DNA of 55,348 nucleotides from Candidatus Asgardarchaeum abyssi. Its GTDB lineage: Archaea; Asgardarchaeota; Asgardarchaeia; Asgardarchaeales; Asgardarchaeaceae. Every line of letters begins with the position of its first letter. The stretch's first letter is position 1. Below are positions 20,857 through 31,031 of this stretch, one piece after another. Both the position numbers and the translations under genes were made by a program. The stretch covers positions 1-55,348 of the forward strand of contig JBECUL010000009.1 in the NCBI GenBank assembly GCA_040225955.1, given 5' to 3'. The notes beneath the pieces are model-generated. The model worked only from the letters and a program-made list of their open reading frames with translations. It did no database searches and was not told where the DNA came from.

Positions 20857-22392
20857 GTGGTGGTGATTATATCTAAAAAAGTGTTAATATATATCTTAAT
20901 TTTTATAATCACTATAGCATTTGTTAAACCAGCAACATATCACACAAAGTTTATTTCAAAAGAGCCTAAGCAATCATCGTTTGTTATGCTTAGCAACGCA
21001 AAAGCAACTTCTGACATTACCTCTGACTTTTTAAAAATACAACCAACAGAGTTTATAAAACCAAACGAGAATGGCACTGGTTTTGTAACATTAATAACTA
21101 GCAGTAATAAATTGGGAGTTAAATATTTCATTGGAAGTGCATTTAGGTATTACTTTAAAAAAACAATTGCCAAAAACTACAAGTATTATGTTTATGAGGA
21201 GCCGATACAACTTCCTAATAAAATGACCTTAAGTGATTTCGAAGAATATTTAACAACAGATAGCAATGTAATGTCATCAGGTTATATTGATGTATATGTC
21301 TATGCACCAGCATATTGGAGCCGCTTTCAGACAATTACTGTAAAAATAAAAGTTGTGAACAACATGCCATTTCCGTATACCTTTATAGGGTACGCAAGAG
21401 CTTTTGTCAAAGATAAATATCTGGATGGTGACACAAACTATAATGATTGGGAGTGGGTTACCGAGTCTTCAGGTAGCGCTCATATTTCATTTAAATTAAA
21501 CCCTGGACGCTATAAATGGATATATGTACAAGTATCAATTGGATGTACTAGCGTAGGGCTCAAGAAAATAGTTGCTGGGTTAGATTTAATAGACTTCCAA
21601 TTATATGTGGATAAAGGATATAACTTTGTACAAAGGTTTAACAAAGCATACGATTATCCTCCTCCAACATTAGTGAACCAAAATGAAGATGTATTCGAAC
21701 AAAATGATCTTATACATCCCACTTACTGGAGTGTAATAAAAAAAGCAGGAGAGGCTACAGATAGTCCATATATTCATCAAAACTGTATTGACACACCATT
21801 CGAGTCAGGAGAAAAAGTGTTACACTGGGTAAATAGTCACTTTACTCCTGATAGCGAAAGTATCTTATTCACGTATAACTCCAAGAAATATACTTTTTTT
21901 AACGTAACTGCAGCAGATATATGGACTTTAGCACATATTTTCTCAGATGGAAAATATCATGGTATCTGTGACGAATATACAACGTTATACGTTGCATTTA
22001 TGAGATCTCTAAATGTCCCAACAAGGTATATTGTTGTAGACTTTTTCATGATTGGAGGGCATGCTTTTGCAGAAATTTGGGCAAAAGACCCAAACAAAAC
22101 ATATTTCAGTTGGATTCATGCAGATCCTGCTTTTAATGAATTCAACAATCCTTCAGCAGAATACGGTTGCAGGTATCCAACAGTATGGCAAAGTGTTTAT
22201 GATAGTCATAGTGATTGGGACGTTTTCACAGATGATAATATTCTTGATAATGCGATTTACTATCCTAATGTTACTTTACAGATGTGTATACCAAAGCATG
22301 TAAAATTTGATCGCGAAGGCAATATAATCGAATATGAAGATACTGATACCATACAATACTTTAAGTATACAGGCCCAAATCAATATGGGTGA
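20857..22392 (+). CDS. Secreted or anchored transglutaminase-like (Cys-His-Asp) protein
   Basis: N-terminal hydrophobic signal; GICDEYTTLYVAFMRSLNVPTRY, GHAFAEIW, WIHADP. Confidence 0.85.
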   Translation: MVVIISKKVLIYILIFIITIAFVKPATYHTKFISKEPKQSSFVMLSNAKATSDITSDFLKIQPTEFIKPNENGTGFVTLITSSNKLGVKYFIGSAFRYYFKKTIAKNYKYYVYEEPIQLPNKMTLSDFEEYLTTDSNVMSSGYIDVYVYAPAYWSRFQTITVKIKVVNNMPFPYTFIGYARAFVKDKYLDGDTNYNDWEWVTESSGSAHISFKLNPGRYKWIYVQVSIGCTSVGLKKIVAGLDLIDFQLYVDKGYNFVQRFNKAYDYPPPTLVNQNEDVFEQNDLIHPTYWSVIKKAGEATDSPYIHQNCIDTPFESGEKVLHWVNSHFTPDSESILFTYNSKKYTFFNVTAADIWTLAHIFSDGKYHGICDEYTTLYVAFMRSLNVPTRYIVVDFFMIGGHAFAEIWAKDPNKTYFSWIHADPAFNEFNNPSAEYGCRYPTVWQSVYDSHSDWDVFTDDNILDNAIYYPNVTLQMCIPKHVKFDREGNIIEYEDTDTIQYFKYTGPNQYG

Positions 22393-22398
22393 GCAAAC

Positions 22399-23475
22399 AT
22401 GAAAAAGAAAGGTTTTCTTTTCTGCGTTGCTACCTTTTTACTTATAGTGTTATCTCTCGCACCAATCGTTATCTATAGCACTGGGAAAACAATCTACCAC
22501 GATAAAGTATATCTTTATGAAAGTAGCCTGGATGTTAAGCTCATTAATGAAACTATCTACTTTACTGAAGGTAGCCACGGAAAAATCTATCGCGTTTCGA
22601 GACTGATTAACATAAATGAGATTAACATTGTCGTTGTAGGAAGTTTGAACATTAGCTACGAGCAATGGATTGACTTAAACAACAAATCTGTTGGTTTCCC
22701 AGCAATTTGGGAAGACTCTCCTGAAACTAAAGGACTAGATAAAGCATATCCTGAATATGCATTTTACAGCTTTATTCCATTCAATGAAAGTAAGTTAGAA
22801 GAGCTTCACGAAATGGGACTCAATGTAACTTTCAGGTCTGATTATAACGGTACTCATTTCTCACAAGCAATAATCTTCGGCAAAGTAGATTATACTTATA
22901 GTGGGTATATCCACATACTGATAAATAACACGATCAGAGACAATATAGCAGTCACTGTATCAAAAATAGTAAAGGAATACCACCGAGAAATACTAATCAT
23001 TAATAAAACTACTGACCTTCAAAATCCATCATACGCTATTTATAAAGCAGCAAGCTTTCTTATAGATCACGAGTATCAGTTTAATTATGTGGCTGGAATT
23101 TTTCTAGTACCCAGGGACTACCTTCCAAATGAATTCAGCAAATACTCCTTTGTCTGGTCTTTGAGCTTCTTTAGACTAATTAACAATGATGAATGGTATT
23201 CCATATATCACTTTATTATGGACCCTAATGGGAATTTCCTTAGATTTAACATAATTACCTATAACAACTATGTCTGTTGTTCAAATGAGAACAATGGCTC
23301 AATAACATTAAATTACTCATATTATTATCTTCTTTATGCAGTAATCATAATATCCGTAGTAGCAATTTCGATCTCCTTTTTCTTCTACATAACAAAGTTA
23401 TATCGCTTTAAAAGCAACAAAGTGCATAGTAATTGGATTGCGAGAAAACGAAGTGGTAAGTTTCAAAATGAGTAG
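22399..23475 (+). CDS. Extracellular protein with N-terminal signal and C-terminal TM anchor
   Basis: MKKK plus hydrophobic N-terminus, several N-x-S/T sequons, C-terminal TM then basic tail; 6 bp after the transglutaminase gene. Confidence 0.75.
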   Translation: MKKKGFLFCVATFLLIVLSLAPIVIYSTGKTIYHDKVYLYESSLDVKLINETIYFTEGSHGKIYRVSRLININEINIVVVGSLNISYEQWIDLNNKSVGFPAIWEDSPETKGLDKAYPEYAFYSFIPFNESKLEELHEMGLNVTFRSDYNGTHFSQAIIFGKVDYTYSGYIHILINNTIRDNIAVTVSKIVKEYHREILIINKTTDLQNPSYAIYKAASFLIDHEYQFNYVAGIFLVPRDYLPNEFSKYSFVWSLSFFRLINNDEWYSIYHFIMDPNGNFLRFNIITYNNYVCCSNENNGSITLNYSYYYLLYAVIIISVVAISISFFFYITKLYRFKSNKVHSNWIARKRSGKFQNE

Positions 23476-23484
23476 GGTGGCAAC

Positions 23485-23640
23485 ATGTTTAAGTTCTTTT
23501 CTGAAATCAGAAATGAGGTCGTAATTGCTTTTTTCATACTGTTGGTTCCGATGCTGAACAATGTCGTTTTCCTAAACATGAGTTCGTATGTCCAAGCGGA
23601 ATATCCTGGTGATGAAATAGTTCAACAAAACTTTATTCTC
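23485..23640 (+). pseudogene. Truncated start of a third secreted protein in the same operon
   Basis: RBS-like GGGTGG plus ATG and a signal-like stretch; the rest of the ORF runs into the antisense remnant. Confidence 0.35.
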
Positions 23641-23647
23641 CGATATA

Positions 23648-23915
23648 TCAAGAAATACCTAAATCTTGTAAATCCACATAAGCCATTTTTCGTCTCTTAA
23701 CTCATTTTTTCCTTCAATATGTCTTACAACTATGCCATAATAGTTTCGTTCTGATATTTGAATCGTTGATGCGATTCTTTCCAACTCTCTTAATGTAGTT
23801 CTTGCTTCCTTTTCTTTAAGGTCTTTCCATTTTACTTCAACAAGTATATCATCTTTTTAGATTCTCTCTTTTGTTGGTCTCTCTTGCAAGTAGGTAAATT
23901 CCACCATGTCGTCTA
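23648..23915 (-). pseudogene. C-terminal remnant of an archaeal ATPase with DUF234 (PD-(D/E)XK-like) domain
   Basis: Minus-strand translation RWWN...ILVEVKWKDLKEKEARTTLRELERIA...YYGIVVRHIEGKNELRDE...DLQDL. Confidence 0.65.
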
Positions 23916-24089
23916 ATGAATTTTTCTCTTCTCTTTTTATTATTATCTCAGATAAATGGGCTACAAAATTAGTTTAGAATTCTAAGTCAATTAAATAAAC
24001 AACTAATAGAAAAGCATAAAATTAAGGAGAATTAATAAAAGCTTCAAAAAAATAATAAAATATAGCCAAAGTTTAAAATTTTTCAGAAA

Positions 24090-24596
24090 GTGAAGAAAAT
24101 GAAAACATACTCGGCTCTTCATAAAAAATATATCGACTCCCTAATAACAAGGATAAAGGAGCATTACAAAGGTAACCTTGTCTCCTTAGTGATATTTGGC
24201 TCATATGCAAGAAATGAAAATAAGCCCAAATCCGATATAGATATTCTCATAGTTCTTAAAAATGCTGGAAGAATGAGAGAAAGACTGGAAGACTTCATTG
24301 AAAACATCGAGGAGCCTCTAGAAGAAATCGCAATGAAGCTCATGGACGAGGGAATAAATCCAGAAATTTCACCGATAATCCTCACAAAGGAAGAAGCAAG
24401 ATACCTTAATCCGATATATTTGGATATGACAACAAGTTGTATCATACTTTATGACAAGGACAATTTTATGGAAAAAATACTAGAAAATCTAAGAGAGAAG
24501 ATGAAAAATTGGAAGAGCTATAAGGAGAACTTTGGAAACAAATGGATATGGGTAATAAAGAAAGGTGAGTTCCTGGGAGGAGTTAAGCTTGGATAA
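24090..24596 (+). CDS. MNT nucleotidyltransferase (antitoxin)
   Basis: LVIFGSYARNENKPKSDIDILIV. Confidence 0.88.
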   Translation: MKKMKTYSALHKKYIDSLITRIKEHYKGNLVSLVIFGSYARNENKPKSDIDILIVLKNAGRMRERLEDFIENIEEPLEEIAMKLMDEGINPEISPIILTKEEARYLNPIYLDMTTSCIILYDKDNFMEKILENLREKMKNWKSYKENFGNKWIWVIKKGEFLGGVKLG

Positions 24597-24993
24597 ACTT
24601 GCAAAAGACTACTTGAAAAGAGCTAACATAAGACTTGAAATTTTAAGAATACTTTACGAAAAGAAAGATTATCCAGATGTTGTCAGAGAGGCTCAAGAAG
24701 TTGTTGAACTTGCTCTAAAAGCTGTATTAAGAAACTTGGGTGTCGAAGTTCCAAGAATGCATGATGTCAGCAGAATTTTAGAGAAATATAAAAATATGCT
24801 ACCTAAAGAAATCTCAAGCAACTTAAATAAGATTAAAAGAATTTCAAAGAGATTGAGAAAAGAAAGAGAATTAAGCTTCTATGGTGCTGAGGATTTTATT
24901 CCGCTTGAAGAATATGACAAAGAAGAAGCTCTTAAAGCAATAAAGGATGCAGAATTCGTTGTTAATACTGTTCTAAGAGCTTACCAGAAATAA
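24589..24993 (+). CDS. HEPN-domain protein, partner of the upstream MNT
   Basis: DVVREAQEVVELALKAVL, PRMHDV, RELSFYG; TTG start 24589 after GGAGG. Confidence 0.85.
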   Translation: MDKLAKDYLKRANIRLEILRILYEKKDYPDVVREAQEVVELALKAVLRNLGVEVPRMHDVSRILEKYKNMLPKEISSNLNKIKRISKRLRKERELSFYGAEDFIPLEEYDKEEALKAIKDAEFVVNTVLRAYQK

Positions 24994-25364
24994 GCTTTTT
25001 TCAGTTCAATCATTTTATTTATACTAAATTCCGAAATTAAAACAATCACCCTTAAAAGTTAAGATCCATCGGATTTTCTTGATTATCCCTCTTACTTTTA
25101 AGACTGCTCTAATCTGGCATGTTGCGGAAGAGGCCGGAGGAGCGGATTGGTTTAGTTGAAGTTATAAAGAGAATAAGAAAGCCGATACGATAATAATTTC
25201 TTTCTTCTTTCCTCTTAGAGCGATTATCTATTTTTTGTTTATTCGAAGGAATATCCAAAATGCTGGTACAATATTTTGCGCTTGGAAGGTTTGAAAAACT
25301 AATGAGCCATTTAGAATAACCATTTTGAAGTGTGTTTTTCAGAAGTGCATGTTTTTCTAAGGTA

Positions 25365-26096
25365 TTATTCACATCCGTTGATATGTTGCAGTCCCATGAC
25401 AGAGGAGATGGTATCAAAATCTTGTGGGTTACAACTAATTATTTTTTCGCACAGCTCAGAAGCTATCACGGAGATTATACAGTCAGATATTTTCTTACAG
25501 TAGTAACTCACTCTATTACCATGTAGAATATTCTGAAATCCACTATTGCATGTAGTATTATTGACCGTTACGTCTTTAATTTTATTGGTGGCTGTTTCAT
25601 GAGTTCTGATAAAATCTACTATATTGCAGCCTTTACAGCGGAAAGCAATGCTGATATGACCGTCTGGTAGATTTACTTCGCTAATACTTGCGTGCAGACA
25701 GTTAGTTGAATCTTTCATGATGGAAACTCCGTGAAAACATTGCAGTGGTGCTCGGATTCTCAATACATCTATTGCATCAATTATTGAGAAGTATTCTCTG
25801 AATGTTAGAATTACACCACCCAGAATACTGATTATATTTGATATTCGTCTGGTTCTTGGCAATCTTGAAAGCCTCTTAAGGGTCTCTTCAATTCCATAGT
25901 CAAAAATCAAATTTCGCAAAAATATTAAATCTCTAATTAGTGTGCGCTTAAATTCTCCGACAACATATGTTGATGTCACCAGTTTTCTCTCATATTTCTT
26001 AAATTTCTCATTCAGCCTATTTCTAATTGCTTTAGGAGCCAATATTCTGGGAATCAAAGCGGATGTGTCAACGTATACACAATCCTTGGTTTTCAA
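25365..26096 (-). CDS. PIN-domain protein with a Cys-rich insertion
   Basis: VYVDTSALI, STYVVGE, ISDCII, IISCNPQDF; extra Cys residues (NCLH, RCKGC, TCN, YCKK). Confidence 0.7.
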   Translation of the reverse strand: MKTKDCVYVDTSALIPRILAPKAIRNRLNEKFKKYERKLVTSTYVVGEFKRTLIRDLIFLRNLIFDYGIEETLKRLSRLPRTRRISNIISILGGVILTFREYFSIIDAIDVLRIRAPLQCFHGVSIMKDSTNCLHASISEVNLPDGHISIAFRCKGCNIVDFIRTHETATNKIKDVTVNNTTCNSGFQNILHGNRVSYYCKKISDCIISVIASELCEKIISCNPQDFDTISSVMGLQHINGCE

Positions 26097-26593
26097 TATG
26101 CAACCTCCACATTGATTCCGATGAAGAATCCCTTATCTACTAATAATTTTATGAATTCCCTTATTTCAGACTCTGACATAACTTCCTTGACATTTGGAAG
26201 AATTTTCTCCAGCAGAGGTACTATTTTCTCACCATACTCCCTAGCGCACCAAAGCAGATCAAGGATAAGTATTCTTGTCGCAGAAAGCCTATTCTTCTTG
26301 GCTTTTGTATAAAGTAGCTCAAGCTCCATTATTATTTCATACCAGATTATTTTCTTTTCATCATCACCAGCATCATTATACTCGCTAATTTTATCTAATA
26401 AGTGGGTTCGTATTTCATCAAAAGATCTCGTATCCTCTAATGAAACATAGACGTACTTTCTATAATCTTCTATTGTAGGTATAGGGTAGATAATACCGCT
26501 TGATAGTAGCTCATAGATTTTTCTGTCAACAGTTTTAGCTCCTTTTCCCTCTGTTATTAGATCTCTCTTTCTGAACTTATTTCCTTTTTTCAT
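26093..26593 (-). CDS. Hypothetical protein, possible winged-helix partner of the PIN gene
   Basis: 4-bp overlap with the PIN gene; KTVDRKIYELLSSGII and EIREFIKLLVDKGFF resemble wHTH helices; ATG 26593. Confidence 0.55.
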   Translation of the reverse strand: MKKGNKFRKRDLITEGKGAKTVDRKIYELLSSGIIYPIPTIEDYRKYVYVSLEDTRSFDEIRTHLLDKISEYNDAGDDEKKIIWYEIIMELELLYTKAKKNRLSATRILILDLLWCAREYGEKIVPLLEKILPNVKEVMSESEIREFIKLLVDKGFFIGINVEVAY

Positions 26594-26701
26594 AATATTA
26601 CACCTTATATTATATACGACGTAATAAATTAAAAAACATTTCGAATTTCTAAATAAATCAGTCATGTCTTTTGAAACTGTTACGGTTTATATTGATTTAT
26701 A

Positions 26702-26864
26702 TACTTGTTTTACGCGGCTATTAGACTTGGAGAGGTGCCCGAGGTACTTAGTGGAATCAAGGAATTTACAGGCGTTGTGGTGACGCTATATACATTTAGG
26801 AGAATCATAAGATCCAAGTTAGAGACGATTCAAGATGCATCTCCATAATTTTTCGGAAGTACTA
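26702..26864 (+). mobile_element. 3' remnant and terminal IR of an IS4/ISH3-like element (copy A)
   Basis: YLFYAAIRLGEVPEVLSGIKEFTGVVVTLYTFRRIIRSKLETIQDASP* then TTTTTCGGAAGTACTA; homologous to 31032-31455. Confidence 0.75.
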
Positions 26865-27035
26865 ATAATATCTGCTTTGTTGAACAATTCAATGAATGGT
26901 TGCGTAATGTTATAATAATATCGCTGATAAATGTGTTATATGCGATATCATAATAACTTGCTCTAAATTCCGATTTCATAACTTCAATATAACAATGTTT
27001 TGGTCAACAAAGCAATAATATAGTAAAATTTATTA

Positions 27036-27059
27036 ATGATACTACTTTAGTAGTAACAT
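27036..27059. promoter_or_regulatory. Palindromic putative operator upstream of the ABC-2 exporter
   Basis: ATG-A-TACTACT-TT-AGTAGTA-A-CAT, next to TTTATTAA. Confidence 0.45.
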
Positions 27060-27135
27060 AGTAATTAGAATTGTAAATGATATGGTGGTCTTTGGTTCTA
27101 AAATCTACACTGGGTTCTGTGGGGTGAACACTAAT

Positions 27136-28095
27136 ATGCAAGAGAGTGTGACGATAAAGGCGGATAATGTAACGAAAATTTACAATGGTAATGTAACAGC
27201 ACTCAATAAAGTTTCTCTTGAGGTATATAGTGGCGAGATATTTACGTTATTAGGGCCGAATGGTGCTGGAAAGACGACCTTGATTAAAATATTAACTGGC
27301 GAACTAAAGCCAACACAAGGTGAAGTATTAATTCTTGGTGTAAGCCATAAAGAGCTTTTGAAATCAGATATGCGTTTTCGGGTGAGTTATGTACCTCAGG
27401 AGAACATATTTTGGGGGAACTTAACGGTAGAAGAAAACTTAGATTTCATAGGGTCCATGTATAGACTGACGAGGAATGAATTGAAAGAGAAAATACGTTT
27501 TCTGCTTGAAGAGTTCGATTTGGTTGATGTTAGAAAAAGATTAGCAAGCAAACTATCTGGTGGTATGAAGCGAAAGCTGACAATAGCGATGTCGTTAATG
27601 AATGATCCTGAAATTCTGATACTTGATGAACCAACAGCAGGATTGGATCCGAGAACCAGGGCTTCGTTAATTGCCAGCTTAGAGAAGCTTAGAGAGTTTG
27701 GAAAAACGATATTCTTAACTACTCACATTGTTGAAAGTGCCGAACGTATTTCTGATAGAGTTGCAATAATCAACAAGGGACGTATAGTTGCTGTGGACAC
27801 AGTTGACAATTTAAAGCGTAAACATTGTGGTGAAGAAGTTGTTGAGATTTTATACAAGCAGCTTACTCAAGAAGCTTTAGAAACAATAAAGGCTATTGTG
27901 CAAGGGGAACGCATTGCAACAGCAGGTGACAAGGTGATTATTACTCAACAACATGGTAATGTCATTGAGGAGTTACTAAAGCTAAAATCGAGGGCAAAAG
28001 ACATTCTTGCGGTTATTTTACGAAAATCAACATTAGAGGATGCTTTTCTGTTTATTACAGGAGAAACTTTGAGGGGTGGTGAGGGTGCTGTTTAA
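27136..28095 (+). CDS. ABC-2 (DrrA-like) exporter ATPase
   Basis: GPNGAGKTT, LSGGMKRKL, LDEPTAGLDP, TTH, TLEDAFL. Confidence 0.92.
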   Translation: MQESVTIKADNVTKIYNGNVTALNKVSLEVYSGEIFTLLGPNGAGKTTLIKILTGELKPTQGEVLILGVSHKELLKSDMRFRVSYVPQENIFWGNLTVEENLDFIGSMYRLTRNELKEKIRFLLEEFDLVDVRKRLASKLSGGMKRKLTIAMSLMNDPEILILDEPTAGLDPRTRASLIASLEKLREFGKTIFLTTHIVESAERISDRVAIINKGRIVAVDTVDNLKRKHCGEEVVEILYKQLTQEALETIKAIVQGERIATAGDKVIITQQHGNVIEELLKLKSRAKDILAVILRKSTLEDAFLFITGETLRGGEGAV

Positions 28096-29515
28096 AATAG
28101 TTAAATATAAATTTTTGTCGGTAATTCGAAGCAAAGAATTCTACATATACATTATAGGGATTCCACTGGTTTTCATGATAATTTATGGTGCAATGTCGTC
28201 TTATGCATATTCCTCTGTAGAGCCAATGAAAATAGGATTCATAAATAATGACACACCATTAAGTTATTCCATAGGAAATAGTACTTATAATGCTTATTTT
28301 GGTAATGATTTCTATACATATATGAGTGCTCTTACTTATGAAAACTCATCGGTTAAGATTTTCGACATAGTAAATATCAGCAGTAAGGAACAAGCAGAGA
28401 AGATGGCGGTGCGGCTTGAAATAGCTGGTGCGGTTTATATTCCAGAGAACTTTTCAGAATCGCTATTGAATTTCTCTAAAGCCATGACATACAACATATT
28501 AATGAGTATGTTAGGTGCCAAAGCCAATGAGGCGTATGAAAAAGGTGACTATGACTTAGGGTCCAGATATTCACAAGCGATGGGTAATCTTAGTTCATTC
28601 GCTAATGTGAGTTATAGATTGAGAATATGTTTCATAGGTGATCCGACAAGCAGCAATGCGATGACGAGTTATGAGTACTTATGGAAGGCTATGATAAACT
28701 TTGCATATCAGCAAGTAGATTCATTCCTTAAGGAGTACTCAAATTATCTATCAGACACATATAACATCACAATTAATCTGAATTCTACAAATCTCAGTAT
28801 TGATGTATCAAATATGTTTTCTATCGATTTTGAGGTAATCGGTGGAAGAGCTGGGGCCGTGAAGGAGACATTTATACAAATGTATTTCTCAGTATTGGTA
28901 CCTGGACAGTTGGTTCAAAGCATCATATTAGGCTCTATTACAGTGGTTATTCTAGTTGGATACGATATTGAGCATAAGATACTCACAAGATTAAAACTGA
29001 CGAGAGTAACAGCTCCAGAGTACATTAGTGGAACCTTAGTTACATGGTCCTTTATTGCACTATTCCAGTCGGGAATTTTGTTGGCCATTGCTTTTGCACT
29101 TGGGTATGTTAGAGTTATCGGTACAATAGCACATATCGTAATTGCAGTTATAGCATTAGCTATGGCTGGGATTTTAACAGCAGCAATCAGCTTAATAATT
29201 GTGTCATTTGTAAGCGAGAAGGTAGCAACTCATCTTGTCATGATAATATTTGTCCCATTGTCCCTGTTTATTGCGGGGTATTTCCCGATTCCAAATCCAA
29301 CGATCTGTAGCTTTATGGGCACAACAATTACTGTCCTGGATTTGCTACCATGGAGGGCTGCAGTCATTGCGCTTAGGAAATCATTAATGCTCCCAAATAT
29401 CTATAGTGCAGCAGAAGCAACTCCAGAAGTTCTAATGTTGGTTCTCTGGACAATATTATACTCAGCAATCTCCTTTGTTGCATTTTCAAAAGCAAGGTTA
29501 AAGAGACGAGAGTGA
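28076..29515 (+). CDS. ABC-2 exporter permease with a large extracellular loop
   Basis: N-terminal TM, long loop, then LVPG and several TM helices, AGYFP. Confidence 0.85.
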   Translation: MVRVLFKIVKYKFLSVIRSKEFYIYIIGIPLVFMIIYGAMSSYAYSSVEPMKIGFINNDTPLSYSIGNSTYNAYFGNDFYTYMSALTYENSSVKIFDIVNISSKEQAEKMAVRLEIAGAVYIPENFSESLLNFSKAMTYNILMSMLGAKANEAYEKGDYDLGSRYSQAMGNLSSFANVSYRLRICFIGDPTSSNAMTSYEYLWKAMINFAYQQVDSFLKEYSNYLSDTYNITINLNSTNLSIDVSNMFSIDFEVIGGRAGAVKETFIQMYFSVLVPGQLVQSIILGSITVVILVGYDIEHKILTRLKLTRVTAPEYISGTLVTWSFIALFQSGILLAIAFALGYVRVIGTIAHIVIAVIALAMAGILTAAISLIIVSFVSEKVATHLVMIIFVPLSLFIAGYFPIPNPTICSFMGTTITVLDLLPWRAAVIALRKSLMLPNIYSAAEATPEVLMLVLWTILYSAISFVAFSKARLKRRE

Positions 29516-29978
29516 CAAACCATAAGCTAATATGAGCTTTAACATTCAAAGAGCCTAATATTTTATCTTTTTTATGTTCACCGTACTGATTCTTTTCTAA
29601 TCGTTACAATAGCATACTCGCCAAGCGATATGTAACTTGCAAAATGTTATGTACATGTAAGGAAGTATTTTTAATGGAAGCGAAGATAAGTATTTTTTTC
29701 TTAGCTTTATTTTTCAAGAAAAGAGTTACAAAGTTTGAAAATGTAGGTAATAATCATTGTATTTATGAACAGCTATGATCTGTATCACTTGTGCGAGTCA
29801 TGTCTTAAGTGCATGATCTATCACTGACGACCATTTAGAACTTTTTAATGTTCAATGAATAAAGGAAGTTCTTAATAGTGAGATAACTTTAGTAGGTTGC
29901 GACAAATCATATACTCTGTTAAGTAACCCAGTAGGAGTAATTTACGAAGCGTCAAAGAGCTCTTAAGACAGACTACTG

Positions 29979-30956
29979 TCATTTTGTATACCATCTTTTG
30001 ATCTGTTCACTAAAATTTAAATAAGTCATTAAGAAGATTATCTGGAAAATAGAAATAATTGCTGGGTACATTGCCATAGCATATCCACTTTCTCCAAAGA
30101 CTGTTGCTAATAAACCTATTGTCAATGCTACGTTTTTGCTAACTGTAGTGAACACAACTGCTTGAGTATGGGCATAATCTAATTTTACTAAAAATTTGGT
30201 AAACACAAGTGCTATGGATATCATTATTATGTAAAAAGAGCTTGCAATAGGCGCTATTAAAATAAACTTAGTCCAATGTTTTATTATCAACTGACCTTTA
30301 AGCGCAAAAATCACGAAAATTAGGATGTAGAGAAATACCAGAGTAACTAATGAAAAATAGGGCTTAACATTATTAAAGGCTATATGTTTTCTTTCTATTA
30401 TCAGTTCTCGTGTGATCAATCCTAAAACCAAAGGCAACACCAAAACAAAAATTAAACTCTTAAGAACATCAACGAAAAGGAAAACAGATTGCCCTATGTT
30501 CAATAAATTAATTGTTATTGGGTAAACAATTAAAGAAAGAATAAAAGCCAAAGCCACTATCATACTTGCTGAAATCATATCCCCTTTTGATAAACCCACA
30601 TAGCCTAGCCCCATACTTGAAGCAGGAGCTACTGCTAATAGTAACAAGGCAATTTTCACATCTAAAGGTGCTTGAAATAACATACAAAGCAACCAGTACA
30701 AAAGTGGAGCAAGAGCAAAGTTAAAAAATAACGCAACTAAAATAGCTTTTTTAGACTTGTTGATTTGTTTAAGACTTTCAAAAGAAACATTGACCATCAT
30801 CGGATATATCATTAAAAACACAATTACATTAATGTAGTTTGATAGAATGTTTAGAGAATATCTATAGCTAACAAGAGTCCCCATAATAATAATAAGTAAT
30901 GTGTAGAGTAACATGTATTTTGAAAGATTTTTTACTATGAGTTCTATTTTTTTCAT
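29979..30956 (-). CDS. ACR3 / bile acid:Na+ symporter family transporter
   Basis: MIYPMM, NFALAP, APASSM, SKGD, SKNVALTIG. Confidence 0.8.
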   Translation of the reverse strand: MKKIELIVKNLSKYMLLYTLLIIIMGTLVSYRYSLNILSNYINVIVFLMIYPMMVNVSFESLKQINKSKKAILVALFFNFALAPLLYWLLCMLFQAPLDVKIALLLLAVAPASSMGLGYVGLSKGDMISASMIVALAFILSLIVYPITINLLNIGQSVFLFVDVLKSLIFVLVLPLVLGLITRELIIERKHIAFNNVKPYFSLVTLVFLYILIFVIFALKGQLIIKHWTKFILIAPIASSFYIIMISIALVFTKFLVKLDYAHTQAVVFTTVSKNVALTIGLLATVFGESGYAMAMYPAIISIFQIIFLMTYLNFSEQIKRWYTK

Positions 30957-30964
30957 TGCTTCAT

Positions 30965-30986
30965 CACCTCAAAAGTTTTTGAGATG
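30965..30986. promoter_or_regulatory. Palindromic putative operator upstream of the ACR3-like gene
   Basis: CTCAAAA-GT-TTTTGAG between the start codon and TTTATAAA at ~31010. Confidence 0.45.
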
Positions 30987-31031
30987 TACTGTTTGTGAAC
31001 TTATTACTGTTTATAAATTCATCGCACCTAT

